Shown one piece after another: positions 1 through 9,594 of a stretch of 64,000 nt of DNA. The notes beneath the pieces are model-generated. The model was not told the DNA's origin. It saw nothing but the letters and a program-made list of their open reading frames with translations, and ran no database searches. The DNA lies in IMG/VR virus record IMGVR_UViG_3300014913_001094, positions 1 through 64,000 of that record; one strand, written 5' to 3'. Both the position numbers and the translations under genes were made by a program. Source of the DNA: a virus. The first letter of the stretch is position 1; each line of letters opens with the position of its first letter.

Positions 1-15
1 ATAAAGGTTAAAAAT

Positions 16-918
16 ATGAAAAACAATTTAAAAGGTTTTACTAAAGAGGCAACATCAGTTAAGGAGATTCTTTGGGAATATCTGATGAATGGTTACATAA
101 ATCATCTCAAAGGACTTAGAAGTAATAATGATGTCTGGTGGACAAGTAATGAGCCTGTTGATTGGGAAAAGCTTAGTCAAGAATTAAACATTCCTGGTGC
201 ACTAGTTCATCCAGTAGAAACCTTTATAACTGATACGGCTGATCTTTATTGGGATGAAGATGAAGAGAAATGTCGCATCCTCGGTCAATTGTTAGATGAG
301 AACGATCTTGCCTTAATATTTAACTCATTGGAGCCACAGTTTATTGAGGAAATGAATAAGGTACTCGAAAGTCCACCATTTTCTGAGAAGGAAGAAGAAG
401 ACGATGACGATTGGGCTCCTCCTTTTCAACCTCAAAAAACGCGCAGACAAGAGATTGATGAAGCTAAGCGGATGTTGGATCTTCAAACTCACAATCAAAT
501 TAAACTACTTCGATTAGCAATGACTCTCGACGAAAAGGGCTTTTCAAAAGAGGCTGGTACTTTAGATCAAATTGTCAAAGAAGCCTCTTGTCCTTATTGT
601 GGAGATCCTGCTGGCTATCAAGGGTTTAATAGAGTAGATTGTCCTTCTTGTGGTGGAAGAGCAAAAGGAAGAAGTCAAGAACCTGAGCCTCCTCGATATG
701 CTTTAACAGATACTGAAGAGACAATAGGTAAATATCGCACTCTAGAGGAAGTTGAACAAGCAAAGCGAGATTACATAAATAAAGCAGCAGAAGAGGCATA
801 TTACACATATGACGAAGAAGATCCTCTTTTTGAGGGATATCTTTCTGAAGGACATTTGAGAGATTATCTAGATGATATATTAGAGATTGTAGATCTCGAT
901 ACATTGTACTCTGGTTAA
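16..918 (+). CDS. Hypothetical head-module protein with shared helical tag and a CxxC...CxxC zinc ribbon
   Basis: IKLLRLAMTLDEKGFSKEAGTLDQIVKEA tag followed by CPYC..CPSC; AAGG upstream of the ATG. Confidence 0.75.
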   Translation: MKNNLKGFTKEATSVKEILWEYLMNGYINHLKGLRSNNDVWWTSNEPVDWEKLSQELNIPGALVHPVETFITDTADLYWDEDEEKCRILGQLLDENDLALIFNSLEPQFIEEMNKVLESPPFSEKEEEDDDDWAPPFQPQKTRRQEIDEAKRMLDLQTHNQIKLLRLAMTLDEKGFSKEAGTLDQIVKEASCPYCGDPAGYQGFNRVDCPSCGGRAKGRSQEPEPPRYALTDTEETIGKYRTLEEVEQAKRDYINKAAEEAYYTYDEEDPLFEGYLSEGHLRDYLDDILEIVDLDTLYSG

Positions 919-927
919 AGGATGTAA

Positions 928-1464
928 ATGAAAAAGAGGGACCAGCTAGTGGAACCACGTTATACAGTTACCCTACGAGTACGCGATGACACAGATACTA
1001 TCTATTATCGTGTTGCTGTCGAAGACAATAAAGAGCAAGAAGTAAGTGGATTTATGCATTCGTCAGAGAATTATAATGAGGCTTTTGCTTATGCTCGTAT
1101 TTTCTTTGATGAATTGTCACAGAGAGAAAAAATAATCGCTTCTTACATAGAGCAGCCTGGTATGGTTACTGGTCAAGGAGCATTATTCAGTATAGGCTCC
1201 TTTGCTGCACAATATGAAGATATTGTTTCTGATGAAGAGTTTTATAAGATGTTGGCTCATGAATTAATTGCCAATATAATTCGAGGACCTAAGAGACACA
1301 TTAATGTAATATTTAGACATATCATTCAAAGACATAAGTTAGATATATATAAGGAAAAGAAATTTTTTCAATATCTCGAAAATGAGGGCATAATCAAATC
1401 CGAGGAAGATGATGTTGAGGGCTGGTTAGAGCGACAGCAAGAGGAAATGAGAAGAGATGGCTAA
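928..1464 (+). CDS. Hypothetical protein
   Basis: 178-aa ORF with AAGGA RBS, tightly packed between its neighbours. Confidence 0.75.
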   Translation: MKKRDQLVEPRYTVTLRVRDDTDTIYYRVAVEDNKEQEVSGFMHSSENYNEAFAYARIFFDELSQREKIIASYIEQPGMVTGQGALFSIGSFAAQYEDIVSDEEFYKMLAHELIANIIRGPKRHINVIFRHIIQRHKLDIYKEKKFFQYLENEGIIKSEEDDVEGWLERQQEEMRRDG

Positions 1465-2347
1465 AGCAGAGAGTAGATTAGACTTCCATAAGTCTGCATA
1501 CAATGACATGCTAGGTAAGGGCTGGGATAGTGGAAAGCAATATTCGTATTGCATTCAGCGTGCTGTAGATAATGATCCTCAGTTTTGGTGGGTTTGGGAT
1601 GCCTTACATAAATTTCCTCATCCTCCTAATTGGGAAAGCGTTCAGAGAAATTCTGATGGAACATACAAAAGCTTCCCCAGTGGCAGTACTGCTTCATTGC
1701 ATGATCGCATCGTAAAGCTAGCCTGTGATATGAATAAGAAAGGACTCGTAAAGTCGGCTTGTCGTCTTTTAAAAATGTCTCAGTGGAAAGAAAAAAATCC
1801 TGATGCTTGGAAAGAAAATCCTGATGCCGGGAAAGAGAGTGGAGAAGTATGGGAGAATAACTTCGAGTCCTATGCTGTTGGGTATGGAGGATGGAATTTT
1901 GGTGAGGATTTCTTTATCTTTGAGCAGCCATGGCAGGAGTTGGAAGTCGGACCTGAGACAACAATGGTTTATAGAAGAGAGCCATATCTCATGGGAGGAA
2001 ATCTGACAGAACAACATGGACCACATGATCAGTCTTGTTACTGCACTAACATACCCGGTAAAGCCAAATTAGACGGAAGCGGTGAGCTTGTAGAGGTTAA
2101 TTGGGAATTAAATGAAGATGATGAAATTCATATGGATATGACTCTCGAGCTGCGCGAAGATTTGGTAGATGAGGATAGACAGCCATTACTAGGTAGTAAA
2201 AATCAATTCAAAGTTATGTTTGAATATGAGCCGCTTGGTGCATTTGACTCTCTCCAGGAAGCTAAAGCTTTTGTTGAGCAAGAGCATGCTAGATATGTTA
2301 GTGGCGAGTGGAGTTCGTGGGACTTAAGTCAGGTTGATAAAGGATAA
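1457..2347 (+). CDS. Hypothetical protein with helical tag (may continue past an in-frame TAA into 2441..2713)
   Basis: RIVKLACDMNKKGLVKSACRLLK tag variant; overlaps the upstream stop codon. Confidence 0.7.
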   Translation: MAKAESRLDFHKSAYNDMLGKGWDSGKQYSYCIQRAVDNDPQFWWVWDALHKFPHPPNWESVQRNSDGTYKSFPSGSTASLHDRIVKLACDMNKKGLVKSACRLLKMSQWKEKNPDAWKENPDAGKESGEVWENNFESYAVGYGGWNFGEDFFIFEQPWQELEVGPETTMVYRREPYLMGGNLTEQHGPHDQSCYCTNIPGKAKLDGSGELVEVNWELNEDDEIHMDMTLELREDLVDEDRQPLLGSKNQFKVMFEYEPLGAFDSLQEAKAFVEQEHARYVSGEWSSWDLSQVDKG

Positions 2348-2440
2348 GATGAGCCTCTCTTTTTAAAAAATGATGAAAATGATGAAAATGGTTCGCACGA
2401 AAAAGATCCGACAGCTCCCTCTGTTGAGGATTTAAATCAA

Positions 2441-2713
2441 ATGTTCAAATGGGAGCATCTCTTCAAGCGCCTAGTGCGTAAAGGATACCATAAAGAGGCT
2501 CGTAAATTACGCAAGGTTGCACAAGAGTATGTTGCCGATGAATGGATGAGGTCAAATGACCCTGGATCAGGGTGGGAGCTTATCGACGGTGAGAACGACG
2601 GAACTATATTCCGTTACACCTATCAGTCAGCAAAAACGGGAGAGATTCGAACATATGCCGTTACCACAGCTAACGGAGCTATTGTTGATGCTCGACATGA
2701 AATAGTGGAGTAA
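2441..2713 (+). CDS. Small hypothetical protein with helical tag; true start uncertain
   Basis: LFKRLVRKGYHKEARKLRKVAQ; the same frame is open back to 2348. Confidence 0.65.
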   Translation: MFKWEHLFKRLVRKGYHKEARKLRKVAQEYVADEWMRSNDPGSGWELIDGENDGTIFRYTYQSAKTGEIRTYAVTTANGAIVDARHEIVE

Positions 2714-2719
2714 AAATCT

Positions 2720-5053
2720 ATGAAAAAGATATTTGCCAATTATCTAGAACATCTTAAGCGTACTATGGAAGATCGAAGTACTAATAAGAAACAGTCTTCC
2801 GTTGAAGATGCTCTTCAAGATTTTGCAGAGCGTACTGGATTGTCAGAAATGCAAAAGCGTGCTTTACGTCGACAGATTTTTGTTAAACAAGCAATGGATT
2901 TTGTTGTACCTGAAGTAAAAAAAGATAAAGAACGTGTTGATTCTGGTGACGCCCCTCCTTCTATCCTTCCTGGGATTAAACCTGGAGATAAGACTGATAA
3001 AATTCTTCAAAAGAAAAAGAAAAAACCTAGCAACCTTACACGTAGAGACGATTCTTTAACATATGACAAGACTGAATTTGATGCAAAAGATATGGGTGGA
3101 CTCGAGGAGGCTTCGAGCCGCAGACAGAATGTCTATGCTCGCACTAGTCTTCGAGATAAGATTGTTACCCTACAGCAAGAGCTAGTAAGCGATTACATGA
3201 CTCCAGATGGAACTCTAAAAAATCCAGACTGGGATCCAGAGGCGAGTTGGGAGGCTAGAGTAGAACTTGAGTCTGAGATTAATTCTCTGCTCTATGACTA
3301 CCAAGATGCTGTTGAACAACAAAGAGATAAAGAAGAAAAAAAATCACCAAAAGGCAGAGCTCGTAAGAACAACGTAAAGTTTTTAGAGCATTTTGATACA
3401 GCTTTGAAGGTAAAAAATGCAGAGGAGCGAGTACAAGCACTAGGTAGATTAAATGAGCGTGGAATTCAACACGCCTTTGATACAGCTCTTAGTAGTTTTG
3501 AAAAAGAAAAATATTATAAAAAATCACAAGGCTATGATAAGTCTCGTGGTGATTACGTAAGATGTATGATCTGTGAATGGATCAACCCCAATAATCCCAG
3601 CATCTTACCTGTTGAGCATCTTAAGTCTCACGACGAACTATCAACTCAAGATATTGTTCAAGCATATCTCAAGCTATATCCTGAAGGCGCAATGCAGTCT
3701 CGTGAACAAGAATTAGCTGCTTTTACAGATCGAGTTATGAGAACGGCTCTTCATGCAAGACCTACAGAAGCTCCTACGATAATTATAGATCAGGTGCTCA
3801 ACTATACTGATGAGGTTATGTTAGAAATTGTCAAACACCATCTTGCAAGACTTCAAGTAGCACCCTACGAGGTTAATATGGGTGATTTGGCAAATCAAAT
3901 TATAGAAGATGTAAAATCTGATCTGAATGAAGAGTATCCAGGGCAATCGTTTGATCAAGTAGGAGAATTAGATCAAAAGGAAGTCACTTCTGAGGATTTT
4001 CATAAGATTTTGATTACAAATATAAAAGATGCAGCGCGTGAATATGATGGATTAATTGTCAGACGTAGAGCAGTTCAACCTGAACGTAAAATTGAGACCA
4101 AAGAAGAGTTGCCAAAGTTTCAATATGAAAATCCAACAGAAGAAGAAATTAAAGAGAACAGCTTAGTTCCCATTACTTTATCTGTTGATGCAAATGCATG
4201 CTGGAATTGTGGTCAAAATCACCTAATACACGTTAAAAACATACAAAAAGACATAGTTTCTGTAACATGTCCAACATGTGAAAGTTACAGGGAATTGGCA
4301 GTCACCTGGAATTGTCCAAGTTGTGATGATGAAAAGTTCTATGTAATCAGAGATCCTAATGAAAACGACTCCGGTGGTACCAAGAAATACACAATATTTT
4401 GTGATCAATCTAAAATCAATGGTGGTGAGAATGCTGTTGGAAATAGTAAACTTGTACATATCCGTGGACAGGTCCAACAAAGAGTAACAACAGAGCTTGA
4501 AAGCTTTGAAGCAACATCAAGTGAAACTTTTGACGAGAGACTGCAAGTAGCAGACTCTGTTGCTTCCGATCAATATGGATTCGGCAAAGTTGTTATGCTT
4601 GGAGAAGGAAATCAGATATTTGTGGATTTTCCAGAGAACCCTAAAACAACTGAGATTGAGCAGAGTGAAGGTGAAGTAATATTTTTACAAACGAGTCGCC
4701 AAGGTTATTCAGGGCATTATGAAGTCACAGATATAGTTTTTGAAGAAGATAAGATTATTATTAAAATGAGAAACGAAAAGGGTATGATGTTTTCTAAAGA
4801 ACTTTCTTCTTCTCAAGGAAAGCAAGAGATTCCAATAGCAACTGAGGTTGCAAGAGATAGTCTCAAAAAGTCAGACTTAGATAAGAAGAGGATTCGTCGA
4901 TGTGCCTTATTGAAGAGATGTGGTGTGGAGTGTCAAGGACAAGAAGTTGTTGAGATAACGAGACGAGAAGATCCAGTACTTACATATGCTGAAATGACAA
5001 AAAAGCTAATTCGAAGAGCAAAGATAACCAAATACTTACGGAGAAGATCATGA
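2720..5053 (+). CDS. Large hypothetical protein with multiple Zn-binding motifs
   Basis: 777 aa; CMIC..HLKSH, CWNC, CPTC, CPSC motifs. Confidence 0.8.
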   Translation: MKKIFANYLEHLKRTMEDRSTNKKQSSVEDALQDFAERTGLSEMQKRALRRQIFVKQAMDFVVPEVKKDKERVDSGDAPPSILPGIKPGDKTDKILQKKKKKPSNLTRRDDSLTYDKTEFDAKDMGGLEEASSRRQNVYARTSLRDKIVTLQQELVSDYMTPDGTLKNPDWDPEASWEARVELESEINSLLYDYQDAVEQQRDKEEKKSPKGRARKNNVKFLEHFDTALKVKNAEERVQALGRLNERGIQHAFDTALSSFEKEKYYKKSQGYDKSRGDYVRCMICEWINPNNPSILPVEHLKSHDELSTQDIVQAYLKLYPEGAMQSREQELAAFTDRVMRTALHARPTEAPTIIIDQVLNYTDEVMLEIVKHHLARLQVAPYEVNMGDLANQIIEDVKSDLNEEYPGQSFDQVGELDQKEVTSEDFHKILITNIKDAAREYDGLIVRRRAVQPERKIETKEELPKFQYENPTEEEIKENSLVPITLSVDANACWNCGQNHLIHVKNIQKDIVSVTCPTCESYRELAVTWNCPSCDDEKFYVIRDPNENDSGGTKKYTIFCDQSKINGGENAVGNSKLVHIRGQVQQRVTTELESFEATSSETFDERLQVADSVASDQYGFGKVVMLGEGNQIFVDFPENPKTTEIEQSEGEVIFLQTSRQGYSGHYEVTDIVFEEDKIIIKMRNEKGMMFSKELSSSQGKQEIPIATEVARDSLKKSDLDKKRIRRCALLKRCGVECQGQEVVEITRREDPVLTYAEMTKKLIRRAKITKYLRRRS

Positions 5054-6846
5054 AAAAAAGAGCCGCAGACTATCCATGGGGTGATCCTCAAGAGCCAGAA
5101 ATTACAGAAGAAGACAAAGAGCGAGCAAAGGAATGGGTTACTCAAACTCCAGAAAAAGCCAAGCAAGAAGGGTTTTACGAACAGGAGCAGAAAGCCGCCT
5201 CCAAGATGTTCTTTCAAGCATGGACCACAGCACGCGGTAAGGGGCGTAGTGCAAATATAATGTACGATGAGCCTCTTAAAATTACAGTTTGGAGATCTCG
5301 AAGTGTAGATCACACAGCCTTCATTAGTCAAATTATGGAAAACATGCTACCATACTATGTAGCTGCCTTGAGAGCTGTTTATCCCGAACTACAACAGCAG
5401 GCATTAGGAAATTCTAAGTCAGCAAGAGATTTGAAACAACGACTTACACTTGTTGATAGACTCATTGGAGAAGGAAGTTACGAGCACGAGTCTCTACAGA
5501 TAGGTGTAGAGAAAGCTTGGGAAGAAAAAGAGAGAATACTACAAGAGAAAAAAGATCAAGGTGGAAGCACAAAGAGACTCAACTCAGAAAGAGATGCCAT
5601 AGAGGCCTTCTATAGTGGTATTTCCTCTTTTCCTGGACTTCAGCAAAACTTTCTTGAACATATTGTTGAGCAAGCTTATACTGATTTTTCAAAGGCTCAC
5701 ACAGGAACGACGGGTCGTTATCCAAATGCTTTGCTTACTTTCTATATGATGGATAATCCATATCCTTACCTCGTTAGTTCTCCTGCTGAATGCAAGACTC
5801 AAGCTGAGCTTGAAGAAAAATATCCAGATGGTACTACGGAAGAAAATCCTGCTCCTGGTGTAGCTTTGGCAGACAAAAGACCAACCTTTGAGGCTTTTCG
5901 TAATTTGGCAGATAAGTGGTTTGTACAGAATGTTCCAAACCCAGACTATAAGCCAATACAATATGGCACGAGCCAGTTTCCAATTGGACCTAAAGGTGAA
6001 GAGTCTTTAAAGAATGATGTTGCCGATCGAGTTTCTGATCTAATGGAAAAGGCAATGTTTACACCTAATTTTTACATTGCTAAACAAGTAACTTCTGCCG
6101 ACTTTGGAGATCAGCCTGGAATCAGACTTCAGGATCTTGGAAAAGAAAAGAAGGGGATTGTTATTCCTGGTTCAGCGCTTAAACCAAGTGAATCAACCTG
6201 GATTCCCAACGTTGAAGAGCGTGACATTACCTCTTCTCCTTCAGGAGGACTATTTACTGGTGAGCCTCCAGAGCGAAAAGAGAAGATAGTTGAAGAGGTA
6301 AAAAAGAAGCCAAGTGGTAAATTCACTCTTCCCAAGGGCTATCCAAAGATCTCTTCAAAGGAAAGTCTTATAAAGACGCCAAAACAACAAATACGTCCAT
6401 CAGCAGACATTTTTAGTAGAGCCTTGATTGAGACTTTTGCTCAGACAGCAGGAGGAGATCTTTGGATTGATGATGGTGGTAAGATCTACGACAGTATGGA
6501 GCAATTGCTTCAGCAAGATCAGTCAGGCGAGGAGATGGATGAGGTAGCCTTTAGAGCGGCCATAAAGGAAGCAGTTGTACAAGACTTAGGAAGTGGACTT
6601 GCCGCTCCCCAACCAGAGGCTCCTGAAGTTCAGCCAACATTTGATATTGTAGAGGAAGAGGATTTTGAAGAAGAAAACGTAATTCAATTACCACAAGAGC
6701 AAGAAGATGAAGTGCTCGCTCCTGCAGCATCTAAAATTAAACGACTCGTTGCATTGGCAGAGCAATTAGATAAGCAAGGATTAACTAAACAAGCAGATCG
6801 TGTTGACCAACAGATACAAAATTTACTGGACAAAATGTCCAAATAA
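5050..6846 (+). CDS. Hypothetical head-module protein with C-terminal helical tag
   Basis: ATGA overlap with the upstream gene; C-terminal IKRLVALAEQLDKQGLTKQADRVD. Confidence 0.8.
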   Translation: MKKRAADYPWGDPQEPEITEEDKERAKEWVTQTPEKAKQEGFYEQEQKAASKMFFQAWTTARGKGRSANIMYDEPLKITVWRSRSVDHTAFISQIMENMLPYYVAALRAVYPELQQQALGNSKSARDLKQRLTLVDRLIGEGSYEHESLQIGVEKAWEEKERILQEKKDQGGSTKRLNSERDAIEAFYSGISSFPGLQQNFLEHIVEQAYTDFSKAHTGTTGRYPNALLTFYMMDNPYPYLVSSPAECKTQAELEEKYPDGTTEENPAPGVALADKRPTFEAFRNLADKWFVQNVPNPDYKPIQYGTSQFPIGPKGEESLKNDVADRVSDLMEKAMFTPNFYIAKQVTSADFGDQPGIRLQDLGKEKKGIVIPGSALKPSESTWIPNVEERDITSSPSGGLFTGEPPERKEKIVEEVKKKPSGKFTLPKGYPKISSKESLIKTPKQQIRPSADIFSRALIETFAQTAGGDLWIDDGGKIYDSMEQLLQQDQSGEEMDEVAFRAAIKEAVVQDLGSGLAAPQPEAPEVQPTFDIVEEEDFEEENVIQLPQEQEDEVLAPAASKIKRLVALAEQLDKQGLTKQADRVDQQIQNLLDKMSK

Positions 6847-6864
6847 TTGAGAGAGGACTCACAA

Positions 6865-7287
6865 ATGTCAGACGTACTAAGAGAATTTTGGGACAGTAAG
6901 TATGGAAAAGGTCTTATGAAGAAGGCTTCTACAGAGAAGAAAGCATTTGATCAGGATTCGTACTATGAAAGTGGACTACAAGGACCAACACAAGATGAAA
7001 TTAAACTTGCACATCCAGGCGGCGGAACAGATATTCCCGATGTCGGTCCAGGTGATGCACATTTTGAGACAGTTGATGAGGTAGCGCAGGTAATGGAAGA
7101 GGTTGCTCGCAAAGCTCCAACATGCACTGAAGGTTCCCTCAAAGGTATTTCTAAAAAGGCTAAAATGAACACACTCCAAAAGCTTGCTCAAATTGCTGAT
7201 CAACTTGATCAAGCAGGTCTTTCTGAAGAAGCTGATATGATTGACGCTATTATTCAGGAAGAAATGAAGGTGGCTGGAAAAAAGTAA
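6865..7287 (+). CDS. Small scaffold-related protein (AHPGGG motif plus helical tag)
   Basis: GAGG RBS before ATG 6865. AHPGGGTDIPDV..DAHFET matches the scaffold region of 20037..23174. Tag LAQIADQLDQAGLSEEADMID. Confidence 0.75.
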   Translation: MSDVLREFWDSKYGKGLMKKASTEKKAFDQDSYYESGLQGPTQDEIKLAHPGGGTDIPDVGPGDAHFETVDEVAQVMEEVARKAPTCTEGSLKGISKKAKMNTLQKLAQIADQLDQAGLSEEADMIDAIIQEEMKVAGKK

Positions 7288-7376
7288 TCAAAGAGGCATC
7301 TTGTCCTCTTTGTGGAGACCCAGCAGGCTATCAAGGATTTAAAAAAATAGAATGTCCAAGCTGCAATGGCGATCCA

Positions 7377-7631
7377 ATGAATTTTAAGAAGAACCAACAT
7401 AAGATTTGGGATAACGAGCAAGAGTTGATAGTCACTCTTACAGATGTTGCTAGTGAACAGGAACTTAATGAAAGATTGAGTCAAGTAGATCAGGATATAC
7501 TTGATCGAGCTTTTGATACTCCTTTTTTTGCTCAACCAGTAGAGCCTAGAGACGATGAGCCAGGTATAGATCATCTAACGACGACATTTGATAGATGGTG
7601 GCAAGAAACAGTAGACTGGGCAACGCAATAA
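7377..7631 (+). CDS. Hypothetical protein
   Basis: 84-aa acidic ORF in the operon direction. Confidence 0.55.
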   Translation: MNFKKNQHKIWDNEQELIVTLTDVASEQELNERLSQVDQDILDRAFDTPFFAQPVEPRDDEPGIDHLTTTFDRWWQETVDWATQ

Positions 7632-7638
7632 AAAACTA

Positions 7639-7724
7639 GTCGCTGATTGGTCAAAAGCCGTGTTAAATGCGACACCCTTTAGAGGGCACGGTCAATGAAG
7701 AGTCGACTTCGCTAAAGCTAATCA
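7639..7724 (+). ncRNA. Candidate structured RNA upstream of the terminase gene
   Basis: Hand-found pairings: 7644-7651/7717-7724, 7657-7662/7687-7692, 7675-7678/7683-7686, 7697-7700/7707-7710, and a possible pseudoknot 7639-7643/7669-7673. Confidence 0.4.
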
Positions 7725-7727
7725 TTA

Positions 7728-7768
7728 AGGTAAAGCTCATTTTGAGCTTTACCTGTCTTTATTTTATT
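7728..7768 (+). terminator. Intrinsic terminator-like hairpin
   Basis: Perfect 12-bp stem AGGTAAAGCTCA-TTT-TGAGCTTTACCT followed by a T-rich tract. Confidence 0.6.
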
Positions 7769-7779
7769 GAAAGAAATAT

Positions 7780-9594
7780 ATGGCTAAGAAAAAACAAGAT
7801 GATATGCCATTCCTTACTGGTGATCTTTTATCAGATATGGCAATTTTAGATCCAATTGCTTTTGTGGAAAAGACCCTAACGGTTGATGGTAATCCATTTT
7901 TATTATCAGATTGTGGTAGAGATTATCTACATGAGATTTATAGATATCTTTGCTTAGAGGCACCTGGACCAAAAGGAAAGCCATGTGTTATTAGAAAAGG
8001 TCGTCAGGTTGAAATGACGACAACAGCATCTTGCATTTCGTTGTATATTGCAACAAGCGGTGCCTTTGACCATATTCGTGGACTTCATGCATTTCCGCAG
8101 ATTGAGCAGGCTCGTAGATATTCGAAGATTGTCTTTAGTCCTCGTGTAAAAGAGTCAATTAATGGAGCATTGCAGTCTCGTCTCAAAGGAGATGGTTCAG
8201 TGATGTCACAAGAATTCACTGAAGGAAACTTCATTATGATTGAGGGTTCAGGTGAGTCTGGTGACCGTCTTCGTGGTACTCCGTTAGATTATGTGCTGTT
8301 TGATGAGATTCAGGACTTACCTCGAGCAGCTCGAGAAAATACTCAGGAAGCACTGTCTCATAGTAAGTTTGGCCCTCCTGGTTTTGGTTTAGAAATGGAC
8401 TTTGGAACACCAAAAGAAGAGGGTTCTGACTTTCATAGATTATGGATAGATTCCGATCAAAGACATTATTTTGTTAAATGTCCACATTGTGGTCACTATC
8501 AAATTTTGTATTATGATACGGCTCCTGGTAAACGCTTACTTAAGACCAATCTTGCTGAAGGACGTATGATAAAATGTAATGATCGAGAAGATCAAGGTTG
8601 CCAGCAAATCTATGATAAGAGATTGGGAATTAAACATGGTAAGTGGATGCCAACAGTAGAAAATCCCGATACAGCATCGCGACGCGGATATCATATTGAT
8701 CAACTACTGGTTCCTGATATTACACGTGAATCAATAGATAAGAAGTTGGAAGATCGTACTGAAAGAGCGTTTGCAAATGAAGTAATGGGCTTATTCTACA
8801 GTGGTAGAGACACTGGTCCTTCCTTCGCTCAAGTTGTAGAAGTCGTTACAACAGAGCCAAGTACTTTTGATTGGCATATTAATGCTACAGCGCAAGATCG
8901 CTTCACGTGGGCGGGAATTGACTGGGGACAGAGAATTTCAGGTGAAGATGATGAGGGTGCAGGTGGATATACAGTGTTCGTAGCCATCTCTCGCCTCCCC
9001 AATGGTAAATTTAGATTAGAGCGTGCTGAACGATTGGAGCAGGTTAAAGTAATTGATGGACAACTTGATGACATTATCAAGTGGATAAGGTTATATAAGT
9101 GTAGAGTGGTTTGTGCGGATCATGGTTTTGGACATGTTCAAAATCAAGAATTAATGGAGAGGTATCCAGAGATAGTAAAGAAGATATATTCTTCTGCAGG
9201 TACAAATCAAGCATTTAATTATAAGCCTAAGGAAAAACAAATTACAATAGATAAGCACAGAGTCTTTGAAGAAGTGTATGACCTTATGCTTGATCAAAAG
9301 GGCTTTGCATTTCCATATAGTGAGCCAGCAAAAGTAGAGTGGCTCTGTCGACATCTATCAAATGTTGAGATTGTAAGTAAAACCAATCAATCTGGTCGCG
9401 GTAAGAAGATGTATCAAAAACAAGGTGTAACACAACCAATTGATGGTGCCGCGGCACTTGTTTATGCATATGCAGCATACAAGTTTCAGCAGACATCTGG
9501 ATTTAGCAATATGGATACGGGCGGATTTAGTGGAGGACGTAACATGCCAGCACCTGGTGGCGCGATTGTAAGACGACGAGCAGGGAGAAGGTAA
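7780..9594 (+). CDS. terL: Terminase large subunit (lambda gpA-like ATPase plus nuclease domain)
   Basis: KGRQVEMTT Walker A-like, LRG..LDYVLFDEIQD Walker B, GTP motif III, CPHCGH Zn site, RGYHI motif, GIDWG nuclease motif. Confidence 0.93.
   Translation: MAKKKQDDMPFLTGDLLSDMAILDPIAFVEKTLTVDGNPFLLSDCGRDYLHEIYRYLCLEAPGPKGKPCVIRKGRQVEMTTTASCISLYIATSGAFDHIRGLHAFPQIEQARRYSKIVFSPRVKESINGALQSRLKGDGSVMSQEFTEGNFIMIEGSGESGDRLRGTPLDYVLFDEIQDLPRAARENTQEALSHSKFGPPGFGLEMDFGTPKEEGSDFHRLWIDSDQRHYFVKCPHCGHYQILYYDTAPGKRLLKTNLAEGRMIKCNDREDQGCQQIYDKRLGIKHGKWMPTVENPDTASRRGYHIDQLLVPDITRESIDKKLEDRTERAFANEVMGLFYSGRDTGPSFAQVVEVVTTEPSTFDWHINATAQDRFTWAGIDWGQRISGEDDEGAGGYTVFVAISRLPNGKFRLERAERLEQVKVIDGQLDDIIKWIRLYKCRVVCADHGFGHVQNQELMERYPEIVKKIYSSAGTNQAFNYKPKEKQITIDKHRVFEEVYDLMLDQKGFAFPYSEPAKVEWLCRHLSNVEIVSKTNQSGRGKKMYQKQGVTQPIDGAAALVYAYAAYKFQQTSGFSNMDTGGFSGGRNMPAPGGAIVRRRAGRR

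Noticed and set aside
1784-1836. Short coding duplications (WKE.NPDA twice; similarly EEAPQ twice near 17240)
   Set aside because: These look like ordinary slippage duplications in linkers with no sign of function.
7639-7724. Assignment of the structured region to HDV-like, pistol or twister ribozymes, or to a tRNA
   Set aside because: The required conserved cores and cloverleaf/T-loop could not be matched by eye, so it is left unclassified.
7667-7849. 60-aa ORF overlapping the terL start
   Set aside because: It has no RBS, runs through a terminator-like hairpin and overlaps terL out of frame; the region is better explained as non-coding.
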